From: an uncultured Pseudohongiella sp.
Lineage (GTDB): Bacteria > Pseudomonadota > Gammaproteobacteria > Pseudomonadales > Pseudohongiellaceae
NCBI GenBank assembly: GCA_965115845.1
Contig: OZ220475.1
Location: 1,496,368-1,560,367 of the forward strand
Length of the DNA stretch: 64,000 bases
Direction of reading: 5' to 3'
Shown here: piece by piece, positions 20,752-28,778 of the stretch
Layout: each line of letters opens with the position of its first letter
Position numbering within the stretch: position 1 is the first letter of the stretch
Notes under the pieces: generated by a model
Database searches by the model: none
Told to the model about the DNA's origin: nothing
What the model saw: only the letters and a program-made list of their open reading frames with translations
Made by a program: the position numbers and the translations under genes

Positions 20752-21912
20752 ATGGATTTTTCCCTGAGCGCGGAACAATTGGCCTTGCGGGAATCCGTGC
20801 GGCGCTTCGCCCGGCGGGAGTTGCCGGCGATCGCCGCCGAGGTCGAGCGCGACGACGAGCCGCCCGGGCCGGACTTGCGCAAGCGCTTCGCCGAGTTGGG
20901 TTATCTCGGCGTAAATCTTGAAACGCGATACGGCGGCGCCGGGCTCGGCCACCTCGACGCCGCGCTCGTGCTCGAGGAAATCGCCAGCATTTCCATCGCC
21001 GTCGCCTTTCCCGTATTCGAGTCCTGTTTCGGACCCGCCCTCGCCATCGCCCATCTCGGCAGCGAAGAAATGCGGCGGCGGCTGTTGCCCGCGGTCTGTT
21101 CCGGCGCGATCGTCATCGCCGTCTCGATGTCCGAACCCGACGCCGGTTCCGCGCTCACCGACCTCGGCGCGCGCCTGCGCCAGGAGAACGGCAAATTGCT
21201 GCTCAGCGGCACCAAGCGCTGGTGCTCCGGCGCGGGTCATGCCGATGTCTACCTGGTCTATTGCCGGATGTCGGACCAGCCCGGCGCGCGCGGCATCGGC
21301 GCCGTCATCGTGCGCAAGGGCGCGCCCGGTTTCAGTTTCGGCAAACGCGACCGCCTGCTCGGATTCCGCGGCGTGGGCAGCGCGGACATGCATTTCGACG
21401 ATGTCGAGATCGAGCCCGCCGACGTGCTCGTCGCCGCCGGCGGTTTCCGGCGGCTCATGGAAACTTTCGACCTCGAACGCTGCGGCAACACCGCGATGTC
21501 GCTGGCCACGGCCCAGTCGGCCTTCGATTACGCGCTCGATTATTGCCGGCGACGCGAACAGTTCGGCAAGCCGCTGGTCGATTTCCAGGCGGTGCAAATC
21601 CACCTCGCGGAAATGAAGATGAAGCTCGACGCCGCGCGCCTGCTGCTATATCGCGCCGTCACCGGCGCCGCGCGCGGGCTGCCCTCGCTGGCCGACAGCT
21701 CCATCGCCAAGTGTTTCGCCAACGAGACCGCGCGCGAAGTGACGGGCAAGGCGATGCAATTGATGGGCGGCTACGGCTATTCGCGGGAATTCCCCATCGA
21801 ACAGAAATTCCGCGACGGCTGGGGCTGGGGCATCGCCGGCGGCGCCATCGACATCCAGAAAATCAATATCGCCGCGGCCCTGGTCGGACGCCGCTTCGAC
21901 CAGCGGCGTTGA
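20752..21912 (+). CDS. Acyl-CoA dehydrogenase family protein
   Basis: The ORF track starts inside the repeat. The real start is MDFSLSAEQLALRESVRRFARRELP at 20752, with GGGAGG 7 nt upstream. Has the ACAD-type C-terminus YGYSREFPIEQKFRD. Confidence 0.88.
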   Translation: MDFSLSAEQLALRESVRRFARRELPAIAAEVERDDEPPGPDLRKRFAELGYLGVNLETRYGGAGLGHLDAALVLEEIASISIAVAFPVFESCFGPALAIAHLGSEEMRRRLLPAVCSGAIVIAVSMSEPDAGSALTDLGARLRQENGKLLLSGTKRWCSGAGHADVYLVYCRMSDQPGARGIGAVIVRKGAPGFSFGKRDRLLGFRGVGSADMHFDDVEIEPADVLVAAGGFRRLMETFDLERCGNTAMSLATAQSAFDYALDYCRRREQFGKPLVDFQAVQIHLAEMKMKLDAARLLLYRAVTGAARGLPSLADSSIAKCFANETAREVTGKAMQLMGGYGYSREFPIEQKFRDGWGWGIAGGAIDIQKINIAAALVGRRFDQRR

Positions 21913-21941
21913 GCGGCGGCCCGCGCCCGGCATTTTCATCG

Positions 21942-21985
21942 CCCCGCAAAGCGGAACCCCAGGCCGGGGGTTCCGCTTTGCGGGG
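21942..21985. terminator. Strong GC-rich hairpin between convergent genes (bidirectional terminator candidate)
   Basis: CCCCGCAAAGCGGAACCCC-aggcc-GGGGGTTCCGCTTTGCGGGG: a 19-bp perfect stem, 30 nt after the ACAD stop and 50 nt after the stop of the 22036 gene. There is no clear U-tract. Confidence 0.6.
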
Positions 21986-22035
21986 AACGCCGATCAGAGC
22001 AGCGTTCCGGTTGGAGGCGGTGAGCCGCCGAGCCG

Positions 22036-25000
22036 TCAGAGGATGAAATCATCCGCGGTCAAGCTGCCCGGTTTCAATGAACCATCATTATTGAGCATAT
22101 AGCCGTCAATCTCTTCTTCGGTTCTTCCCGCTAGCCCGATGGCCATGTCGGTCTCCTTGTCGAAATCGCCGTTTCCATTGATGTCGACCAATATCCAGAG
22201 AAAATGCGCGAATTGCTCATGCGAGCCACGCGATATTCCGATTTGGTTGTCCACGTAGGTGTCTTCTTTGGTTTTGATAGCCACGATAGTGTGCTGGCCA
22301 AATGTATGGCCGCCCTTATCGTTGACAGCTTTGAAAACCCCTTTCGCTTTTGCCTCGTTTTCATATAGATAGTTCGACAGATTATTGTTATGGGTTATGT
22401 GTTTAATCTCCTTTCCCCCTACCTTTATCGCCAAGTCAAGAGCGCTGAGGTCGATCTTGTCGGCATACGGTTTTAAGGTGCTGCCGCTGCCGCCGGACGA
22501 AACGAAGTTGAAGATGACATCCATGCCTGTCGGATTATCTGCATTGCTGCCCGTAAATGCGACTTGAGAATCGGATGCCTTTTCGTAAACGAACGTGTCC
22601 CTCTCAGATTCAGTTCCGTCACTTTCTCTTGCTGGATGGAAGACGCCGCCCGTCAACTCGTCCCCGCCGGCACCGCCCGCGATTCTGTCCTTGCCCTTGC
22701 CGCCGGCGATAATATCGTCGCCGCCGTAGCCCCACAACTTGTCGTCGCCGCCGCCGTTGTACACGATGATGTCGCCGCCGCCGTCGGAGCCGTGAATTTC
22801 CATGTCGTTTTCAAAGGTGACGCCGTCGCTTCCATAGGTGGGAGCCTCGGAATCGCCAAAAGTGTTGCCGGTCCTCAATGACAATCCGCCGGTGTTGTCG
22901 CGGGCGTCTATCATGTCCAGATCGCTGGTTTTGCCGCTGGTTTCGCCGCCGCCGTTGCCGGACAGATAGAATCCGGCGTTGCCGGTAATTGTCAGCGTTT
23001 CGAGGCCCTCGCCCTCAAGATGGGAAATCTCATGCAGGTAATGCGAAGCCTTCAAATCCGATTTCCCGACGACAACGCTGGAATCCATGGTCAACTCCTC
23101 GATGTCCTCGTCCAAAACGAGCTTCGTGCTCGTCAAGCCCAGATGCGTTATGGTGGAAGGGTCGAGTTCTTTATTCCTTGTGGGGTCTGCGGTGCTGATG
23201 ACGACATCTTTATTGAACGGCACTTTTTCGCCCGAGACCGTTGTGCCGGCGCCGTCGGCGGCAACTCCATAGCTTTTCAAGACGAGACTGGTTTCGGCAT
23301 CGTCGGCGTCTTTTTCCAGCATATAGCTTACATCGAAGTAATATTCATCGCTGCTTGATGATCTTTTGGCTTCGATGGCGAGACCCGACGCGGACTCCCC
23401 GACATTCTCGAACTTGATCGCGGGCGCGGTGCCGGACGTCACGCCTTTGGTCACCGTCAGCTTATGCAGCATGAGTTCCTCGAGATCGTACTTACCGGCA
23501 GCGGCGGACTTGTCGGCCTCCACCGTCAGGGTTGTCTTTTCAAAATTCATGAAGACATCGTCGTCGACATTCTTCAATTGGCTCGCCTTGTTCGCCGTCA
23601 GCGTCAGCGTGTCCTCGCCCGCGCCGCCGTCGACCCGGCTCCTGGCGCTGACGACGACGCCGGCGCCGATCGTGAACATGTCGTCGCCTTCGCCCAGCTC
23701 CGCCTTCAGGCCGTCCTTATGGAATTCCGTCGCCGCGACATCGTCCTTGCCCGAACCGCCCATGTAGCTCTCGACGCTTTTGCCGAGCCTGCTCACCTTG
23801 ACATCGCCGGTCGCCTCGCTCGCGTCGATGCTCTTCAGCGTCGCGGATATGACGATCGGGTCGGCCTCGGTCGGGTTGACCGCCGGCTTGAACTTGGTCG
23901 CGTCCAGCATCAGGTTGCCGGCGCCGGAAACGGAGACCGTCTCGATCTCGTCCGAAGCCAGGCGGATGTTGGAGTCGCCCTTCACCTCGATCGCCAGATC
24001 CTCGATGCCCTTGAGGCACAACTTGCCGTGCTCGCTCGCTGTGGAATACAGGCCGAACTTGTCGACCATCGCCGTCAGCGATGTCGGGTCGTCGCCCTTG
24101 ACATCGTTCTGCACGAGCAGGGTGGTGTTGGTGTTGGCGAGAGAGATATCCGTGATCGCCGTCGAGTAGATGTGCACCGGAACCGTGTCTGCGCTCGCTG
24201 TGATTTGATCTGCGGTGACCGTTGTGCCATCTATTTTGTCGTCCGTCTTGAACTTGCCTCGTTTGTCGGGCGTGCCCAGGCCGTCGTGCACGTCGTCGAG
24301 CGTCACGCTCTCGACCGTCGCGGAAGGCGCGTCCTCCTTGCCCACGTCGACGGTCTTGCCGCCTTCGACCATGATCGAAGTCGTCGTATCCGTGTCGTAG
24401 AGGCCCACATCCGCCATCTTGCTCACGCCTTCAAGCTTGACCGCGGCGGCGTTCATGATCTCGACCGTCGTATCCTTGTCGTCGTCGCCCAGGGATTTGG
24501 ACATGATGTCCGCGCCGCCGGCATCCAGTTCGACATCTCCCTCGACATCGCTCAGGACGACCTCCTTCAGGCCTTCCCAGCCGCTCAAGTCCGCCTCGAA
24601 GTCGCCGCCGCTGTCGACCGTCAGCGTCTCGACGTTCATCACGCTCGCCCCGGAAGAGACGCTGACATTGTCGTCGGAGCCGCTGGAAGAAAGCTCCAGC
24701 GTGTCCATGCCCTCGCCGCCGTCGAGCCGGTCCACGCCGGTCAGGGTCTTCTCGGTGGCGACGAAAGTGTCGTCGCCCAGGGTGCCGTCGAGCCGGTCGA
24801 CACCCGTGGTCAATTCAAAGCTCTTGCCGGGACGCCGCATCATGTCGATGGCTTCCTTCGCAGTATCGACGCTGTCACCGTCGCCGGTCACGCCGCCGAG
24901 CACGCTCGAGGAAGCACCTTCCCAGCGTTTCTCCACGGTGTAATAGGTCGCCACCTGCACCTTGTTGGCGAACATCATGGCGAGGGCGCCGAAATCGCCG

Positions 25001-25389
25001 TAGGCGGGATGGCTTTCCCCCTGCATGCGGATCTCGAACAATTGCCGCACAGCCAGCAAGCCCATCTCGCCCCGGCCCAGGCCGCCGTTGAGCAGGCCCG
25101 TCGCCAGGGCCAGCACTTCCGCCGACGGCGCTTCGCCGAGCGCCGCGGTCAGAAAATCCCGGGCGAACTCCGCGTTCGTGATGAAAAAGGGATACATGGA
25201 CGTGAAGGCGCTCGAGGCGGCGATGTGATTCGCCACCTCCAGCAGGGCCATTTCCGGGCTCATGCCCTTGTCCACGCTTGCGTTGTAGACACCGTACCAT
25301 TCGTTGAGCAGCTCGGTGCCCGGGGCCTTGCCCAGCATGGCCACCGACAGGCCGATTATCGTATCTCTGGTTTGCGCTGTTACCGCCAA
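22036..25389 (-). CDS. RsaA-like S-layer/RTX protein, predicted type I secretion substrate (paralog 1); the start codon shown is TTG without SD
   Basis: 1117 aa. The N-terminus (M)AVTAQTRDTIIGLSVAMLGKAPG and TTGVDRLDGTLGDDTFVA blocks resemble RsaA-type S-layer proteins (from memory). Ca-binding nonapeptides GGGDDKLWGYGGDDIIAGGKGKDRIAGGAGGDELTGG. The C-terminal DTFVYEKASDS...DVIFNF...ADKIDLS matches the T1SS C-terminal target pattern. The protein is acidic and Cys-poor. Confidence 0.8.
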   Translation of the reverse strand: MAVTAQTRDTIIGLSVAMLGKAPGTELLNEWYGVYNASVDKGMSPEMALLEVANHIAASSAFTSMYPFFITNAEFARDFLTAALGEAPSAEVLALATGLLNGGLGRGEMGLLAVRQLFEIRMQGESHPAYGDFGALAMMFANKVQVATYYTVEKRWEGASSSVLGGVTGDGDSVDTAKEAIDMMRRPGKSFELTTGVDRLDGTLGDDTFVATEKTLTGVDRLDGGEGMDTLELSSSGSDDNVSVSSGASVMNVETLTVDSGGDFEADLSGWEGLKEVVLSDVEGDVELDAGGADIMSKSLGDDDKDTTVEIMNAAAVKLEGVSKMADVGLYDTDTTTSIMVEGGKTVDVGKEDAPSATVESVTLDDVHDGLGTPDKRGKFKTDDKIDGTTVTADQITASADTVPVHIYSTAITDISLANTNTTLLVQNDVKGDDPTSLTAMVDKFGLYSTASEHGKLCLKGIEDLAIEVKGDSNIRLASDEIETVSVSGAGNLMLDATKFKPAVNPTEADPIVISATLKSIDASEATGDVKVSRLGKSVESYMGGSGKDDVAATEFHKDGLKAELGEGDDMFTIGAGVVVSARSRVDGGAGEDTLTLTANKASQLKNVDDDVFMNFEKTTLTVEADKSAAAGKYDLEELMLHKLTVTKGVTSGTAPAIKFENVGESASGLAIEAKRSSSSDEYYFDVSYMLEKDADDAETSLVLKSYGVAADGAGTTVSGEKVPFNKDVVISTADPTRNKELDPSTITHLGLTSTKLVLDEDIEELTMDSSVVVGKSDLKASHYLHEISHLEGEGLETLTITGNAGFYLSGNGGGETSGKTSDLDMIDARDNTGGLSLRTGNTFGDSEAPTYGSDGVTFENDMEIHGSDGGGDIIVYNGGGDDKLWGYGGDDIIAGGKGKDRIAGGAGGDELTGGVFHPARESDGTESERDTFVYEKASDSQVAFTGSNADNPTGMDVIFNFVSSGGSGSTLKPYADKIDLSALDLAIKVGGKEIKHITHNNNLSNYLYENEAKAKGVFKAVNDKGGHTFGQHTIVAIKTKEDTYVDNQIGISRGSHEQFAHFLWILVDINGNGDFDKETDMAIGLAGRTEEEIDGYMLNNDGSLKPGSLTADDFIL

Positions 25390-26036
25390 TCAGAACTTGT
25401 TGATATGCCTGCGTATTTGCCGGATTCCCGCGGGCCGGCCGCTGAATCGCCGCGCGAACATGAACGGGAACTTCCGGCCCGCGGAGCCGTCGGCCGGGGC
25501 AGCCTCGCGGCACTCCGTCGAATAATTTTTCGGGGCAGCGACATCGCGTTCTGCGGGCAGCGACACCGCGCGGCGGACCGAAACGCGGCCGCGAAAAAGG
25601 CGCGCATCGCGCGAATCCCTCTCCGGAAACGCGCGCGGCGGCCCGACGGCCGAATCGCCCGCCGTCCCGGCTCGGCGGGTCGCGGGAAAACCAAACTGCT
25701 TGCGGCGGTGCAAGAAATTTGTCGGCAACTATCTGATTTGCAAGTAATAAAATAAGCCGAAGCTCGGCGCTCGACGGCTTTCTCGAAAGCGCTCCCTCGG
25801 CCTGCGAGATGTCTCGCGTTCACTTCCAGGCCGGGGCCGAGGCGGGCCGCGCAACCGGCCGGAACGCGTCGCGGCTGGGCGCAATACCGGCGTTTCGCGG
25901 CCGCTTGGGCGGCCAAAAAATTTCGATAACTTGTGATCCCGGTCACATGCGCGCGGCGCGGGTACTGTCGTACAATATCGCCATGCGAAACCCTTCCCCA
26001 ATTTTACAGGAGCACTCCCAATGGCGGTAACAGCGC
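25374..26036. promoter_or_regulatory. Predicted invertible promoter/start-codon segment (inverton 1), bounded by 15-nt perfect inverted repeats, apparently in OFF orientation
   Basis: Left arm GCGCTGTTACCGCCA (25374-25388) is the reverse complement of right arm TGGCGGTAACAGCGC (26022-36). The left arm is codons 1-6 of the 22036-25389 gene. The right arm is preceded, inside the segment, by a promoter, AGGAG and ATG that point away from the gene. Confidence 0.55.
25932..25976 (+). promoter_or_regulatory. CRP/Vfr-type palindrome plus -10 box inside inverton 1 (class II-like promoter reading toward the right arm)
   Basis: TGTGA-tcccgg-TCACA at 25932-25947. After a 23-nt gap comes TACAAT at 25971-25976. 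AGGAG at 26008-26012 and ATG at 26021. Confidence 0.5.
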
Positions 26037-26164
26037 TTACCGCAAATTGGTTTGCCCGGGCTGCCGGCGGCGATGCCGGACAATGCGCCGGGCCGAAAAG
26101 TCAGGAGAAAAGGGAACAGGCTTCATATTCGCCGGCGCCGGGAACGGCATTCCTCTTGATGTGA
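26021..26164 (+). CDS. 47-codon read-out ORF created by the current inverton orientation (MAVTALTANWFARAAGG...); probably not a functional product
   Basis: AGGAG-N8-ATG. The first five residues, MAVTA, match the S-layer-like gene because they are encoded by the inverted repeat. The ORF is too short for the ORF track and runs toward a convergent gene. Confidence 0.3.
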   Translation: MAVTALTANWFARAAGGDAGQCAGPKSQEKREQASYSPAPGTAFLLM

Positions 26165-26269
26165 AATCAGCGTCGATGGCGGAAGAAAGCAATCCGGTGT
26201 CGCAGGCAGGCGGGTTTTGATGCGGATACATCCGCGGTCATGACCAGAAGCCGGGCCGAGACACTCGTC

Positions 26270-26368
26270 AAACCGGATTCGACGGCGCAAGCCATTGAAT
26301 TCGGGAGCAGGACAAGACCGCGCTCTGGTTCTGCGGCAATTGAACAATTCCACGAATGGAATTGTTCA
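26270..26368 (-). repeat. Modular intergenic repeat, reverse orientation, degenerate (C-B-A)
   Basis: ccggattcgacggcgcaagccattgaattcggg, then agcaggacaagaccgcgctctggttctgcggcaat, then tgaacaattccacgaatggaattgttca. Confidence 0.7.
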
Positions 26369-26376
26369 GCGAATGC

Positions 26377-27012
26377 TCAGTGCACGGTCGCGGATGCGGG
26401 CCGGCCGCCGGTCTGGGCGAATGCGGGATGCAGCAAGTCCGTGCGTCCTACCACGAGCAGGTCGTTGCGATACAGGCTTTTCCCGCCGGTTTCGCCGTCG
26501 ATCCGAAGATCGTCGAGCAGCACGCAGGCAACTTCCTCCTCGGCGACTTCAACGACGACGCAGGGCTTGAAACCGCCGACTGTATTGAGCGAGGCGAGGC
26601 AGCCGACCGCGGCTTCGTGGCGCGGATACTCTCCGGCGGCGGTCTTGAGCGCGCCGGCGGGAAGATAGGGCGCGCCGAAACCCGCGGCGGCGACGATGTG
26701 GATGATTTCAATTACTTCGGGGTCGGTCAGGTCCAGGCGCACGGTATCGGGCTGGTCCGTGCCGCGTCCAAGCCGGCGCTGGTTGACCAGGCGCATGAAC
26801 AGGTCGAGATCGCTCTGGTTCCATTCCAGGATCTCTTCGCCGGCGGAAATACCCGGGTCGGAGGCGAGCCTGAGGATGCCGGTTTCTATGGTGAGGTCGA
26901 AAGTTTCGGAATCGTCGGGACCGGGCACCACCATGGCTACGGAATACGAGCCCTTGTCTTCGTTCGCGCACAACCGCCAGAGAAAAGGCACTTCTCCCGT
27001 CAATTCGATCAT
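26377..27012 (-). CDS. Hypothetical protein, 211 aa, no family recognised
   Basis: ORF 26377-27213, trimmed to MIELTGEVPFLWRLCANEDKGSY at 27012. Strong third-position GC bias on this strand (ATC GAA TTG ACG GGA GAA GTG ...). The opposite-strand ORF 26356-27105 lacks that bias. Confidence 0.55.
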   Translation of the reverse strand: MIELTGEVPFLWRLCANEDKGSYSVAMVVPGPDDSETFDLTIETGILRLASDPGISAGEEILEWNQSDLDLFMRLVNQRRLGRGTDQPDTVRLDLTDPEVIEIIHIVAAAGFGAPYLPAGALKTAAGEYPRHEAAVGCLASLNTVGGFKPCVVVEVAEEEVACVLLDDLRIDGETGGKSLYRNDLLVVGRTDLLHPAFAQTGGRPASATVH

Positions 27013-27333
27013 CGGCGACTCATCAACGCCATGGACGGAGAGGCGCGAGCAGGACTGCGAGGAGCAACATTGCCGGACATTCCACAGGAAGACCTGCGCG
27101 GATAGTACCACAAAACCCGGCGCCGACCGCCGGCGCGCTTCCTTCCAGCCGCTTCGCTCCTTCCATCGGAAGCGCGCGACCCCGTTTTCCCGAACTGAAT
27201 CAACCGTTGTCAAAACGGCGATTCAGCCTCATATGCATCTGAACCGGCGCACGCGCTGGCAAGGCGGAGCCGCAGCCACTATAGTCGGACCATTGCCGAA
27301 AGGGTATTTTCCAGCCTTGCGCGGTCAGCTTCG

Positions 27334-27356
27334 CCATCCACAGAATCTGTGGATAA
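27334..27356. promoter_or_regulatory. Inverted pair of DnaA-box-like 9-mers inside an AT-rich intergenic island
   Basis: ccATCCACAGaatCTGTGGATaa is an 8-bp perfect palindrome. The minus strand of 27348-27356 reads TTATCCACA, the consensus DnaA box. The plus strand of 27334-27342 reads CCATCCACA (7 of 9). Confidence 0.3.
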
Positions 27357-27704
27357 CTTGGTGAATAAGTCCGGGCGATGTTGCGGAAACCTTGCGGCGA
27401 CGGGAATTTCGGCAAAATTGCACAAATTTTGATCAAAAATATAATTTCATTGTATATCAATGAGTTAAATCTTATTTGCCGATCATGAAAAAATATGAAG
27501 CTGCAATTGTCAGCGTTTTGTTTCAGTACGGTCGTTTTTGTGCATAAATTTCCGATCTTGTGCCGGTTCGGGAAAAAGCGGCCATTTGTTGCTTGCTGTT
27601 TTTATTGAATTTTTCCTGAAATAAAAAACCATTCGTTCCAGTTCGCCATGCCGGGAAACGGAACAGCCGCAACGGCGGACAACGGATCGCGACGGACTTG
27701 CGCC

Positions 27705-28778
27705 ATGTCATTCGAAAGATACAACATCGCACGAATGCGGGGCTACGCTCCCGGCGAACAGCCGGATTCGCCCGCGATCATCAAACTCAATACCAATGAG
27801 AATCCGTATCCGCCGCCGGCCGCGGTCGCCGCGGCCTTGCGCGCCATGGACGGCGCCGAACTGCGCCGCTATCCCCCTCCCCTGGCCGACGATTTCCGCG
27901 CTCTCGCCGGGCTGGTCCACGGCCTTGCCCCGGAGAGCATTCTTCCGGTCAACGGCGGCGACGAGTTCCTGCGGCTGCTGCTCGCCACATTCGTCGATTC
28001 CGACGAGATCCTGGCGGTGATGCGGCCGTGTTATTCGCTGTACCCCGTGCTCGCCGCGGCCGCCGGTTGCGGACTGCTGAACATTCCCCTGACCAGGGAT
28101 TGGGGGGTGCCGGACCGCTTGCCGGCGTTATTGCGCGGACACGATGTCAAGATGCTGGTCCTCGCCAATCCCCACGCGCCGACCGGCGGATTGCTGCCGG
28201 TCGACCGCCTGCGCCGGCTCGCGCGGGATTTCGAGGGCCTGCTGGTGCTCGACGAAGCCTACGCCGACTTCATCGACCCCGCCCTCGAGTACGACTCGAT
28301 GCCGCTCGTCAGGGAATTCCCGAACGTGCTGATCTTGCGCACCATGAGCAAGGGTTATTCGCTCGCCGGACTGCGTTTCGGCTACGGCATCGGGCCGCCC
28401 GGCCTGATCCATCCCATGGCGACCAAGACCAGGGACAGCTACAACACGGATCTCGTCTCCCAGAAGTTGGCCAGGGCGGCGCTGGAGTCCAGAGACGAGG
28501 CCGCGCGGACCTGGGCGCGGGTCAGGCGGTCCCGCGAATGGCTGCGCGGCCAACTTGCCGGGCTGGGCCTCGAAACCCTGGCCAGCCAGGGCAATTTCCT
28601 GCTGGCCGCGATTCCTGCCGCCGTCGGCGCCGTCAACCTCTATCGGGCCCTGAAGGAGCGCGGCGTCCTCGTGCGCCATTTCGCCGAGCCCCGGCTCGAC
28701 AACCGGCTGCGAATCACCGTCGGCAGCGAAACCGACAACGAAATCCTCATCGACAAGTTGCGGGACATCCTGCAATGA
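27705..28778 (+). CDS. hisC: Histidinol-phosphate aminotransferase family (class II aminotransferase)
   Basis: MSFERYNIARMRGYAPGEQ...IKLNTNENPYPPP...LRTMSKGYSLAGLRFGYG (PLP-lysine block). Start taken at the second Met of ORF 27648. Confidence 0.8.
   Translation: MSFERYNIARMRGYAPGEQPDSPAIIKLNTNENPYPPPAAVAAALRAMDGAELRRYPPPLADDFRALAGLVHGLAPESILPVNGGDEFLRLLLATFVDSDEILAVMRPCYSLYPVLAAAAGCGLLNIPLTRDWGVPDRLPALLRGHDVKMLVLANPHAPTGGLLPVDRLRRLARDFEGLLVLDEAYADFIDPALEYDSMPLVREFPNVLILRTMSKGYSLAGLRFGYGIGPPGLIHPMATKTRDSYNTDLVSQKLARAALESRDEAARTWARVRRSREWLRGQLAGLGLETLASQGNFLLAAIPAAVGAVNLYRALKERGVLVRHFAEPRLDNRLRITVGSETDNEILIDKLRDILQ

Noticed and set aside
25380-25946. 188-aa minus-strand ORF inside inverton 1 (and 214-aa ORF 33261-33905 inside inverton 2), considered as a possible Hin-like invertase encoded within the invertible segment
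   Set aside because: The translations are Arg/Ala/Pro-rich with no serine- or tyrosine-recombinase motifs. The two loci differ by frame-breaking changes, and there is no SD. The recombinase, if any, must be encoded outside the window.
27485-27544. 19-codon ORF MKKYEAAIVSVLFQYGRFCA upstream of hisC, considered as a his-type attenuator leader peptide
   Set aside because: It has no run of His codons, no SD, and no alternative terminator/antiterminator hairpins that I can see.
27213-27650. Chromosomal replication origin (oriC)
   Set aside because: There is only one consensus DnaA box and two near-consensus ones. There is no array of boxes, no dnaA, dnaN, gidA or rpmH context, and no clear 13-mer repeats. 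It is kept only as a lower-interest regulatory observation.
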